Made by a program: the position numbers and the translations under genes | Origin: an uncultured Acidobacteriaceae bacterium | Lineage (GTDB): Bacteria; Acidobacteriota; Terriglobia; Terriglobales; Acidobacteriaceae | Reading direction: 5' to 3' | Assembly (NCBI GenBank): GCA_963749665.1 | Contig: CAVVNO010000005.1 | Span: forward strand, 1,447,789 to 1,511,788 | Length of the DNA stretch: 64,000 nucleotides | The notes under the pieces: model-generated | Told to the model about the DNA's origin: nothing | The model's database searches: none | The model's input: the letters and a program-made list of their open reading frames with translations, nothing else | Part shown: piece by piece, positions 38,406 to 47,052 of the stretch | Position numbering within the stretch: the first letter of the stretch is position 1 | How the letters are laid out: every line of letters begins with the position of its first letter

Positions 38406-39305
38406 ATGTGGAGCCGTCGTCGATTCCTCGTCGCATCTGCCGCCGCAACGATCGCGCCACTTCCTTCGGCAACAGCATCGACGTCACCACTCATCGACTC
38501 CCACGTTCATGTTTGGAAACACGACCCCAACTTTCCCTTCGCCGGCGACGCCAAACCACCCACCGAAGATGCCTCCGTCGAACAACTCCTCGAACTCATG
38601 CACGCCAATCACGTCCTTAGCACCGTCATCATCCAGGTCAGTCACTACCGTTGGGATAACCGCTACCTTGCCAGCGTACTCAAACGCTACCCGCGCACCT
38701 TTCACGGCGTCTGCCGAGTCAATCCGCAGGACCCAGCCGCCCCCGACCACCTCAGCCGGCTCACCGAAGTCGACGGCTTTCACGGCGTACGCCTCAGCCC
38801 CTCCGCGTCCCCCGCAGACGACTGGATTCGCGGTCCACTCATGCCACCCCTCTGGCGTCGATGTGCCCAACTCAAGGTCCCGATGACGATCCTCGCCCCA
38901 GTCACACGCATGCCCGATCTCGTCCCTCTCATCGAGCAGAACCCTGACCTCACCGTCGTCATCGATCACATGGCAGACTGCCCGCTCGGCCAGCCGGACA
39001 AGCTCAATCTCCTGCTCACACTCGCGCGTTACCCAAGAGTCTTCGTGAAAATCTCCCACCTCTGGTCTCTCTCCGCGCAGCCCTACCCCTACGCCGACAC
39101 CATTCCCCAGATCAAAAGCCTCTGCCAATCCTTCGGCCCCGCGCGCCTCATGTGGGGCACCGACTGGCCCATCTCCCTCAAGCAGCTTTCTTACGCGCAA
39201 GCCGTCGCACTATACCGCGACCACCTCAGCTTCCTCTCGCCCGAGGATCACAAACAGATCCTCTACAAAACCGTCCAGAGAGTCTGGCCCTTCGGCCTCT
39301 CCTGA
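38406..39305 (+). CDS. Amidohydrolase-2 family protein (lactonase/decarboxylase-type TIM barrel) with Tat-like signal
   Basis: Real start at ATG 38406: MWSRRRFLVASAAATIAPLPSATA, then IDSHVHVW, VIDHMADCP and MWGTDWP. The track ORF start at 38073 overlaps the GH2 gene. Confidence 0.7.
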   Translation: MWSRRRFLVASAAATIAPLPSATASTSPLIDSHVHVWKHDPNFPFAGDAKPPTEDASVEQLLELMHANHVLSTVIIQVSHYRWDNRYLASVLKRYPRTFHGVCRVNPQDPAAPDHLSRLTEVDGFHGVRLSPSASPADDWIRGPLMPPLWRRCAQLKVPMTILAPVTRMPDLVPLIEQNPDLTVVIDHMADCPLGQPDKLNLLLTLARYPRVFVKISHLWSLSAQPYPYADTIPQIKSLCQSFGPARLMWGTDWPISLKQLSYAQAVALYRDHLSFLSPEDHKQILYKTVQRVWPFGLS

Positions 39306-39348
39306 CCCCGACTGGGCTTGCTACCGAAAAGATCGATAGGATATCTCG

Positions 39349-40353
39349 ATGCAAAGACGCCTGGTTCGACGCTTCGTCGTAATCGCTGGACTGCTGGGCA
39401 TCATCCTATCCGCCGGCACCATCGGCTTTGTGCTCATCGAAGGCTATTCCTGGTTTGACGCCTTCTACATGACTCTCACCACGATCACCACCGTCGGTTA
39501 CCAGGAGATCCGACCTCTCAGCCATGCCGGACGCGTCTTTAATTCGTTCCTGATTCTGTTTGGCGTCAGCACGATGTTCCTTGCCGTCGGTGCCATGACC
39601 CAGACTATTATCGAACTCGAGTTGCAGGACCGTTCTGGCAAACGCAGGACCAAACGCATGATCGACCAGTTACACGACCACTTCATCGTCTGCGGCTACG
39701 GCCGCGTAGGCCGCAACGCTTCCTGCGAATTTCAACGCTCTAACATTCCTTTCCTGGTGATCGATCGCAATGAACAGCGCGTTGCCAAAGCAGCAGCCGC
39801 CGGAATGCTTGCCATTGTCGCCGACGCCACGCAGGATGCCAGCCTTCGCGAAGCCGGCGTGCTCAGGGCAAAAGGACTGATCGCCGCTTTGCCCTCCGAT
39901 GCCGAAAATCTCTTCATCATTCTCTCTGCCAAAACCCTGAATCCAAAGTTGACCGTTGTCACTCGGGCTTCGGAAGAGGAGGCCGAAGAAAAGCTGCGCC
40001 GCGCAGGAGCCGATACCGTTTTTACTCCCTATGCCATGACGGGCCGCCAGCTCGCAGATTCCTTGCTGAGGCCTCACGTCGTGGAGTTCCTGGACTTTGG
40101 CAGAAGCAACATCGGATCCAAGGTCACCATGGAACAGGTTTCCGTGACTCCAAGCGCCGAACTCACCCGGAAGACCGTCGGCCAGCTGCTGGAGTTGCGG
40201 AAATCCGGAGTAATCGTACTTGCGATTCGCAAGCAAGGCGGAGAAACAACCTTTAATCCTCCACCCGAACTCGAAATCTCTGCCGGCGACGTCCTGATCG
40301 TGATGGGTCAGCGGGCGAACCTCGAAAAGCTTGAACAGATTCTCGCCAGGTAG
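39349..40353 (+). CDS. Two-TM potassium-channel-type protein with RCK (TrkA-N/TrkA-C) domains; atypical filter TVGYQ
   Basis: Pore region FYMTLTTITTVGYQEI; Rossmann motif HFIVCGYGRVGRN; C-terminal TrkA-C-like segment (VLAIRKQGGETTFNPPPELEISAGDVLIVMG). Confidence 0.75.
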   Translation: MQRRLVRRFVVIAGLLGIILSAGTIGFVLIEGYSWFDAFYMTLTTITTVGYQEIRPLSHAGRVFNSFLILFGVSTMFLAVGAMTQTIIELELQDRSGKRRTKRMIDQLHDHFIVCGYGRVGRNASCEFQRSNIPFLVIDRNEQRVAKAAAAGMLAIVADATQDASLREAGVLRAKGLIAALPSDAENLFIILSAKTLNPKLTVVTRASEEEAEEKLRRAGADTVFTPYAMTGRQLADSLLRPHVVEFLDFGRSNIGSKVTMEQVSVTPSAELTRKTVGQLLELRKSGVIVLAIRKQGGETTFNPPPELEISAGDVLIVMGQRANLEKLEQILAR

Positions 40354-40375
40354 CCGAGCGATCTTGCGTTACAAC

Positions 40376-41533
40376 CTAACCCCGGCTCGGCTTACTCCCC
40401 AGCAATTCACGAGCAATCACCATCCGTTGAATCTCACTCGTCCCCTCGCCGATCGGACACAGCCGTACATCGCGGTAAAACTTCTCCGCCGGATAGTCCT
40501 TGATGAACCCGTAGCCACCGTGAATCTGCACACCCTCATCACAGATCCGGCACGCCGCTTCGCTCGCATAAAGCTTCGCCATCGCCGCCTCCAGCGTGAC
40601 CTTCTTGCCTTCATCCTTCATCTGCGCCGCCCGCATCGTCAGTAACTGTGCCGCATCCCACTGCGTCGCCATATCTGCCAGCTTGAACTGGATCGCCTGA
40701 AACTCGCTGATCGTCTTGCCGAACTGTCTTCGCTCCTGCGCATACTTCATCGCTGCATCGAGCGCACCACGCGCTATCCCCAAACTCAGCGCAGCAATCG
40801 AGATTCTTCCGCCATCGAGCACGCGCATAGCATCCTTGAACCCGTCGCCCTCCTTGCCGATCAGGTTCTCCGCCGGAATCTCGCAGTCCTCGAAGATCAG
40901 TTCCGACGTGTCGCTCGCCCGCAACCCAAGCTTGTTCTCCTTACGCCCCGGCCGAAACCCGGGTGTCCCCTTCTCCACCACAAACGCCGATATCCCCCCG
41001 CTTGCACCCTTCTCCTTGTTGGTTACTGCGAGCACCACCGCGCAGTTTGCATGGCTCCCATTCGTGATGAATGTCTTCGACCCATTCAGCACCCACTTGT
41101 CGCCCTTGCGGACCGCCGTCGTCCGCGCCCCGCCGGCATCCGAACCCGAACCCGGCTCCGTCAGACCCCACGCTCCCAGCCATTGGCCACTTGCCAGCTT
41201 CGGAATCCACCGCTTCCTCTGCTCATCATTTCCCGCCAGCATAATGTGGTTCGTGCACAGCGAATTATGCGCTGCAACGATAATCCCCACGCTGCCATCC
41301 ACCCGCGACAGCTCCTCGATCGCCAGCACATACTCCACATAACCCATTCCCGCGCCGCCCAGCGATTCAGGAAAGATCACCCCCAACAGCCCCATCTCGC
41401 CCAGCTTCTTCACTACCTCTTGCGGAAATTCGCTCTTCTCGTCCCACTCGCTCACATGCGGAGCGATCTCTCCCTCGGCAAACGCTCTCACCGCGCTCTG
41501 CAGCTGTTTTTGCTCTTCCGTCAGTCCAAACAT
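40376..41533 (-). CDS. Acyl-CoA dehydrogenase (short/branched-chain type)
   Basis: 385 aa. [59 protein letters not shown]. Confidence 0.9.
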   Translation of the reverse strand: MFGLTEEQKQLQSAVRAFAEGEIAPHVSEWDEKSEFPQEVVKKLGEMGLLGVIFPESLGGAGMGYVEYVLAIEELSRVDGSVGIIVAAHNSLCTNHIMLAGNDEQRKRWIPKLASGQWLGAWGLTEPGSGSDAGGARTTAVRKGDKWVLNGSKTFITNGSHANCAVVLAVTNKEKGASGGISAFVVEKGTPGFRPGRKENKLGLRASDTSELIFEDCEIPAENLIGKEGDGFKDAMRVLDGGRISIAALSLGIARGALDAAMKYAQERRQFGKTISEFQAIQFKLADMATQWDAAQLLTMRAAQMKDEGKKVTLEAAMAKLYASEAACRICDEGVQIHGGYGFIKDYPAEKFYRDVRLCPIGEGTSEIQRMVIARELLGSKPSRG

Positions 41534-41688
41534 TTTCTGACCCTCCGGTCACATAATCGACACTTATAGATGTATCACAGAAACATATGTTCTGGTAGAC
41601 CTTGCCCGCCGAGCAACGCGAGGCCCTAAGCAACTCGCATCACCCCGACCGGGTACACACGCCACGAAGTGGCCGCTCGAACCGGGGT

Positions 41689-41716
41689 CCCCGCAAACAG
41701 GTCTTTGTTTGCGGGG
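41689..41716 (-). terminator. Strong hairpin downstream of the cystathionine-lyase gene
   Basis: CCCCGCAAACA (41689..41699) pairs with TGTTTGCGGGG (41706..41716), giving an 11-bp stem. There is no clear U-tract on either strand. Confidence 0.35.
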
Positions 41717-41752
41717 TGGCCAAGCGCAGGAGGCCCGTCCGGCAGGACGCAG

Positions 41753-42931
41753 TTAAATCCGGTCCAGCGCCTGCCCCAGATCCGCCACAATATCTTCAAC
41801 ATCTTCAATCCCCACCGACACCCGCATCAGCCCATCCGTAATCCCCAGCTCAGCCCTTCTCTTCGCCCCAACCGCAGCATGGGTCATCGTCGCCGGATGA
41901 CAGATCAGCGTCTCCACCCCACCCAGCGACTCGGCAAGAAATCCCAGCCGCAGCGAGCTTGCAAACCGATTCGCGTTCTCGAGCGATCCCAACTCCATCG
42001 AGATCATCGACCCAAACCCGCGCTGCTGCCGCTTCGCCAGCTCATGGTGCGGATGCTCCGTCAGCCCCGGATAAAACACCTGCTGCACTTTCTTATGCCC
42101 CTTCAAAAACTCGGCAACCACGCGCCCATTCGCATCATGCTGTTTCATCCGCACTGCCAGTGTCTTCACGCCGCGCAGCAGCAGATAGCTCTCAAACGGC
42201 GAGAGAATCCCACCCGTACACTTCTGCACAAATCGAAACCTCTCCGCATGCTCCGGCTTCGTACCCACCAGCACTCCACCCAGGCCATCTGAGTGCCCAT
42301 TCAAAAACTTCGTCGTCGAGTGCATCACAATATCCGCTCCCAGCGCGATCGGTTGCTGCAGATACGGCGACAAAAATGTATTGTCCACACTCAGGTCCAC
42401 ACCCTTCGCATGGCAGATTCTCGCTACCGCCGCAATATCCGTAATCGACATCATCGGATTCGTCGGCGTCTCGATATGCACAAGCTTCGTCGCCGGAGTG
42501 ATCGCCGCCGCTACATTCTCCGCCACACTCGTATCGACATACGTAAACGTCAGCCCATAGTTCGTCAGCACCTGATCGAACAGCCGCCCCGTCCCGCCGT
42601 ACATGTTGTCCGTGCACACCACATGGTCGCCCGACTTCATCATCGTGCACATCGCGGTAATCGCAGCCATCCCGCTCGCAAACGCATGCGCACTCGTCCC
42701 GCCTTCAAGCGAGCGCAAGCTCTCCTCCAGCGCATCCCGCGTCGGATTCGTCAGCCGCGCATACTCATGCCCTTTGTTCTTTCCAATCGCCTCCTGCTGA
42801 TACGTCGAGGTCAGATAGATCGGCACGTTCACCGCTCCCGTCAGCTCATCCGGAGCCTGCCCATCGTGAATCGCCCGCGTCGCAAATCCCATTCTCTTCT
42901 TCGTCTCCATCCGTCCCTCGTCTTTCATCAA
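41753..42931 (-). CDS. Cys/Met-metabolism PLP enzyme (cystathionine gamma-lyase / gamma-synthase family)
   Basis: FATRAIHDGQ; HSTTKFLNGHSD (Lys of the Schiff base); SLGGVETLICHPATMTHA. Confidence 0.85.
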   Translation of the reverse strand: MMKDEGRMETKKRMGFATRAIHDGQAPDELTGAVNVPIYLTSTYQQEAIGKNKGHEYARLTNPTRDALEESLRSLEGGTSAHAFASGMAAITAMCTMMKSGDHVVCTDNMYGGTGRLFDQVLTNYGLTFTYVDTSVAENVAAAITPATKLVHIETPTNPMMSITDIAAVARICHAKGVDLSVDNTFLSPYLQQPIALGADIVMHSTTKFLNGHSDGLGGVLVGTKPEHAERFRFVQKCTGGILSPFESYLLLRGVKTLAVRMKQHDANGRVVAEFLKGHKKVQQVFYPGLTEHPHHELAKRQQRGFGSMISMELGSLENANRFASSLRLGFLAESLGGVETLICHPATMTHAAVGAKRRAELGITDGLMRVSVGIEDVEDIVADLGQALDRI

Positions 42932-42935
42932 TCTC

Positions 42936-43412
42936 TTACTTCGTCTTCACCACAGTGGGCCGTCGCGGCCTCTGCTTCGCCGACACCGACTTGATCACCA
43001 GCTTGTACTCCGTCTTCTTATCCATAGGCACTTTGGCCATCTTCAGTGCCGCAGCCATCATCGCCTTCACATCGGCGCGATCCAGTGTCTTCTCATCTTC
43101 CAGCCGGATATACCGGACGACATTTCCCTCGCCCTGCAACAAACCCTTCGGATCAGACAGCGCAGCTCCCTGCAGAAAAAACAAATTCACATTCTTCGGA
43201 AATACCGCGATGGAAAAAATCGCCTCCGACGTCTTCTCCGTCGGTCCAAACCCGCAAGCCAGTGCGTTGTAGTTGTCGTAGATCATCTCGACTGCATTCG
43301 GAAGGCGCTTGCGCATCTTCACCAAAGCCACTCTCGCAAACGCCGCGATCTCCGGCGTAAACGCATCCAGAAAACGATCAAGCTGCTCTTTTGCGCTCTC
43401 CGTCCTAGCCAT
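42936..43412 (-). CDS. DUF1801 (YdhG-like) domain protein
   Basis: 158 aa. The pattern LRKRLPNAVEMIYDNYNALACGFG...VNLFFLQGAALSDPKGLLQGEG..VRYIRL is typical of DUF1801. Confidence 0.55.
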   Translation of the reverse strand: MARTESAKEQLDRFLDAFTPEIAAFARVALVKMRKRLPNAVEMIYDNYNALACGFGPTEKTSEAIFSIAVFPKNVNLFFLQGAALSDPKGLLQGEGNVVRYIRLEDEKTLDRADVKAMMAAALKMAKVPMDKKTEYKLVIKSVSAKQRPRRPTVVKTK

Positions 43413-43428
43413 CGGATTCTCCGCCTTC

Positions 43429-43459
43429 TACTCCCTACTCCCTACTCCCTATTCCCTGC
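43429..43459. repeat. Heptamer tandem array TACTCCC x3, TATTCCC, TGC
   Basis: Read directly: tactccc tactccc tactccc tattccc tgc. It fills most of the 48-nt spacer between two - strand genes. Confidence 0.95.
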
Positions 43460-43460
43460 C

Positions 43461-44408
43461 TCAGTCGAACAAGCCCTTACTCAGATACCGCTCCGCCGAA
43501 TCCGGAATCACCGTCACCACTCTCTTCCCTGCACCCAGCTCCCGCGCCACATCTACCGCCGCGCACAACATCGCGCCTGCGCTCGACCCGGCAAAGACAC
43601 CCTCTTCCACAGCCAGCCGCTTCACCATCGCAAACGCCGGTTCATCCATCACCTTCATCACGCGGTCGCACACGCAGCCGTCAAACGTCGCAGGAATAAC
43701 CGACACGCCAATTCCCTCCACCTTGTGCGGGCCCGGCTCTCCACCCTGCAACACACTTCCCTGCGGTTCCACCGCCACCGTCAAAATCTCCGGCCGCTTC
43801 TTCTTCAAAAACCGTGCCACACCCGTAAACGTCCCCGCCGAACCCACACCCGAAACCCACGCGTCCACGCGCCCTTCCATCTGGTCCCAAATTTCGACCG
43901 CTGTCGTCTGCTCATGAAAGTCCGGATTCGCCGGATTCTCAAACTGCAGTACCGCAGACGACCCCGGCGTCTCCATCTCAAACTCCAGCGCCTGCCGAAT
44001 TGCCCCCGCGATCCCCTCAGCTTCCGGCGTCCGCACCACCGTCGCTCCCAGTCCGCGCATCAGCTTGCACTTCTCTTCCGCAAAACCCTCCGGCACGTAC
44101 AGCATCACCTTGTATCCGCGATTCACGCCGATCAGAGCCAGCCCTATTCCAGTATTACCGGCCGTCGCCTCGACAATCGTGCCTCCCGGCCGCAGTACTC
44201 CGCGCCGCTCAGCATCCAGTACAAGTCCCAAAGCCGCGCGGTCCTTCACGCTGCCGCCCGGATTCAGAAACTCCAGCTTTGCCCATATCTCCGCGCAAGA
44301 TCCACCACTCGCCTGCTCGAGCCGGCGCATCCGCAACATCGGCGTCTGTCCGACCAGATCCAATACGTTCTCAACAACCCTCATCGACTCAAACCTCACA
44401 CAAATCAA
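43461..44408 (-). CDS. Cysteine synthase / cystathionine beta-synthase family PLP enzyme (start may be ATG 44384)
   Basis: LNPGGSVKDRAALGLV, EATAGNTGIGLA, GVGSAGTFTGV. Same operon as the gamma-lyase family gene, consistent with transsulfuration. Confidence 0.85.
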   Translation of the reverse strand: MICVRFESMRVVENVLDLVGQTPMLRMRRLEQASGGSCAEIWAKLEFLNPGGSVKDRAALGLVLDAERRGVLRPGGTIVEATAGNTGIGLALIGVNRGYKVMLYVPEGFAEEKCKLMRGLGATVVRTPEAEGIAGAIRQALEFEMETPGSSAVLQFENPANPDFHEQTTAVEIWDQMEGRVDAWVSGVGSAGTFTGVARFLKKKRPEILTVAVEPQGSVLQGGEPGPHKVEGIGVSVIPATFDGCVCDRVMKVMDEPAFAMVKRLAVEEGVFAGSSAGAMLCAAVDVARELGAGKRVVTVIPDSAERYLSKGLFD

Positions 44409-44533
44409 TCCGCCCGCCGAAGTTCTCGTCGAAGGCTTGACCGCACCTTTGCTTTTACATCAATCAGAACAGAACTGGCTCCGCGAAGCCATTCACCCAC
44501 CACCCGGAAGCCAGAATATCCTCGCCCCAGCCA

Positions 44534-45688
44534 TCAGGGTTTCTTCCCGTCACTGTTAAATCCCGCGTTCCCACCCTTCGACGCGTCTGCAACGACTCTC
44601 GGGTAGTATCCGCTCCGCGTTCGCACCGACAGTCTTCCAAAGCTCTTCGCCTTCGCCTCGACATGGACCTCTCGGTACCCGCCCAGCGTCGGAGACTTCG
44701 TCGAGTGATACGAGATCGTGTACTGCGTTCGGATATCCTGCGCAACCTCCGCGGCAATCGCATCCACATCCTTCACCGATTTCGGAAAGTAAGCCGCCCC
44801 GCCCGTCTGCTCGGCCAGCGTCTCCAGCACTCTGCGCGCATGCCGCGATTCGCGCTTGTCCGTGTCGTCGCCAAACAACAACCCGACGCAATAAATCACC
44901 GGCCCGTCCAGGTCCTGAATTCTACGGATCGTCTGCTCCAGCGTCGCCGTCGAAGCATTGTCTTCGCCGTCGGTAACAATCAGCAACACCTGCTTCGGAT
45001 GTTTCGCATTCTTGGCCAGATAATCCGCCGAGGCCACCAGAGCGTCGTAAATCGCCGTGCCTCCGCTCGATTTGATATAGCTCAGCCCCTGCTGCAGCTT
45101 GTCGATGTTATTCGTAAAGTCCTGGTCGATGAATGCCTCCCACGAGAAGTCCACGAGAAACTCTTCATCCTCTGGGTTCGATAGCTTCACGAAATCCACC
45201 GCCGCCTTATCCACCGCCGTCCGCTTGTCATACATCGATCCCGAGCTGTCGATCAACAACCCCAGCGACACCGGCAGATCTTCATGCCGAAACGAGTTGA
45301 TCGTCTGCAGCACCCCATCCTCGTACACCGTAAAGGCATCTCTCGACAGTGTCTGCACCGACCGGCCACTCTGGTCCAGCACCGTCGCATTCAGCCGAAC
45401 CTCGTACGCGTCCGTCCGCAGCGTGTACTTTCCATTCTCGCGTTCAATCTTCGCGAGACCCACACCATCCGGCGTCCCAGTTTGAGGTTTCGCCGGCGCA
45501 TCCACATCAGGCGAAGCCACCGGATCGCGGTCCACCGTCAGCGAAGGCTGTCTTGTCACAGATTGTTGTTTCGCTTGGGCCGCAGGAGCCGACGGCTGCT
45601 GAGCCCATCCGCTCAACATGCCAGCCGCCATCATTAACCATCCCGCCGCGGCTATGCGCGACCAGAAACTTTTACTGCGAAGGTGCAT
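44534..45688 (-). CDS. Secreted VWA-domain protein (acidobacterial VWFA-related type)
   Basis: Signal-like N-terminus; MIDAS-type LLIDSSGSM; GGTAIYDAL; LLIVTDGEDNAS; C-terminal QYTISYHS pattern. Confidence 0.75.
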   Translation of the reverse strand: MHLRSKSFWSRIAAAGWLMMAAGMLSGWAQQPSAPAAQAKQQSVTRQPSLTVDRDPVASPDVDAPAKPQTGTPDGVGLAKIERENGKYTLRTDAYEVRLNATVLDQSGRSVQTLSRDAFTVYEDGVLQTINSFRHEDLPVSLGLLIDSSGSMYDKRTAVDKAAVDFVKLSNPEDEEFLVDFSWEAFIDQDFTNNIDKLQQGLSYIKSSGGTAIYDALVASADYLAKNAKHPKQVLLIVTDGEDNASTATLEQTIRRIQDLDGPVIYCVGLLFGDDTDKRESRHARRVLETLAEQTGGAAYFPKSVKDVDAIAAEVAQDIRTQYTISYHSTKSPTLGGYREVHVEAKAKSFGRLSVRTRSGYYPRVVADASKGGNAGFNSDGKKP

Positions 45689-46766
45689 AGTACCCCTGGC
45701 GATTATGCACCGTCAGCGTCGGGAGCCCCGGCGGCGGTACGAGTCGTATCTTCAATTTACGCCAGTTCCCGTCCTGTTTCACTTCGGAAGGCCTGTACCC
45801 GATCACATACTCGTTCCGCAGCTCCGCGCTGATTCGCGATGCAATGTCCCCCAGGTCATTGATGTCCAATACTCGGAACATCCGGCCGCCGGTCATATCG
45901 CAGATATCATTCAACAGGATCGGTCCCTGCTGCTCTTCGGTTGTCGGCGCGTACTGATCGAAGATCCCGATCGCGTAAATCTGCACGTCGCTCTCCCGAA
46001 CCACCCGTCGCAGCTCACCCTCGGTATACCGGCTCCGATTATCTCCGCCGTCCGAGATGATCAACAGCGCCTTCCTCTCATACTTCGCCTGCTTCAGCTT
46101 GTCCACCCCCAGATAAATCGCGTCGATCAGCGCAGTCCGGTTCTCCGGCTTCAACATCACCATCCGCGCCTCCACATCGTCCACATCCGACGTGTAGTCC
46201 ACAATCACCGCGGGCCGGTCGTTGAAACCCACCACAAAAAATTCATCCTGCGGATTCGACGTCCTCAAAAACTCACTCAACGCCTTTCGCGCCCGCATGA
46301 ACTTCGACGACATGCTTCCGCTCAGGTCGAAGATCACGCCAATCGTCACCGGAGCATCTTCCGTAGAAAAGCTCTTGATCGTCTGCCCGATATTGTTGTC
46401 GTAGACCTCAAAATTCTCCTTTTCCAATCCCGTCACCAGCCGGTTCATCGGATCAGTCACAGTCGCCGGCACCAGCACCAGGTTCACATCCACCCGAATC
46501 CGCGCATCCCGTCTTGATGTCGCCAACTTCGCTGCATTGTCCGCGCCTTCAATAACGGGCTTCGCCTCCTCAGGCGTCTTCGGCGGAGGCGGTGCGGTCG
46601 GCGTATGCACATTATCCAGCGGATTCTCCTGCGCCCGGCAGACTACGCTACCTGCCGCACCCCAGAGCGCCGCACCCAGAATCACTACGGCAAGTCCCAC
46701 CACAGTCTGCCGCAACCCGTTCCACCGTCCCCGTTTACCGCCCCTGTTTCGCATATTGATGTCCAT
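45672..46766 (-). CDS. Secreted VWA-domain protein, tandem paralog
   Basis: VIFDLSGSM, RTALIDAIY, LLIISDGGDNRS, EYVIGYRPS. It overlaps the next gene by 17 nt. Confidence 0.75.
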   Translation of the reverse strand: MDINMRNRGGKRGRWNGLRQTVVGLAVVILGAALWGAAGSVVCRAQENPLDNVHTPTAPPPPKTPEEAKPVIEGADNAAKLATSRRDARIRVDVNLVLVPATVTDPMNRLVTGLEKENFEVYDNNIGQTIKSFSTEDAPVTIGVIFDLSGSMSSKFMRARKALSEFLRTSNPQDEFFVVGFNDRPAVIVDYTSDVDDVEARMVMLKPENRTALIDAIYLGVDKLKQAKYERKALLIISDGGDNRSRYTEGELRRVVRESDVQIYAIGIFDQYAPTTEEQQGPILLNDICDMTGGRMFRVLDINDLGDIASRISAELRNEYVIGYRPSEVKQDGNWRKLKIRLVPPPGLPTLTVHNRQGYYAPSQ

Positions 46767-47052
46767 ACTGGCACCTATGCCGCTACTTCACCAGCAAAAT
46801 CCTAACCCTGTCATCCCGGCCGACTACCCCTGCCTGTTAGACCATTTTGGCCGCGGCCTCAGATGCCTAATCAGGAAATAATAGACCTGACTCACAGGCC
46901 TTTTGTCACAGTTTTATCTCGCAATCACGTTTCCGGACACTGTCAGTATTCCCTGCGCCCTGCCGGAATCCACCCAGGCGCCTCAACCCTCGTTTCAGCC
47001 TCACCCCGTACAATCACTACATAATCTAAGACGTTTGGAGAATCAAAAGAGC

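Noticed and set aside
43429-43459. The heptamer arrays as CRISPR or as a minisatellite-encoded peptide
   Set aside because: The units are 7 nt with no spacers, and each array is only ~31 nt long. Two of the three are non-coding. This is not CRISPR-like.
44409-44533. A possible SAM or other riboswitch upstream of the transsulfuration operon
   Set aside because: I could not recognise SAM-I, SAM-II or other riboswitch consensus elements in the 125-nt leader. Only weak hairpins are present. An Rfam scan would be needed to revisit this.
46903-47052. A 50-aa N-terminal extension of the DUF1015 ORF, and the similar upstream extensions of the ORFs at 38073, 13234..14985, 16580..17410, 54176..54934, 54793..56184 and 56190..57155
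   Set aside because: The extensions overlap neighbouring genes or lack motifs. Internal ATGs with Shine-Dalgarno sequences give N-termini that match the family or give signal peptides.
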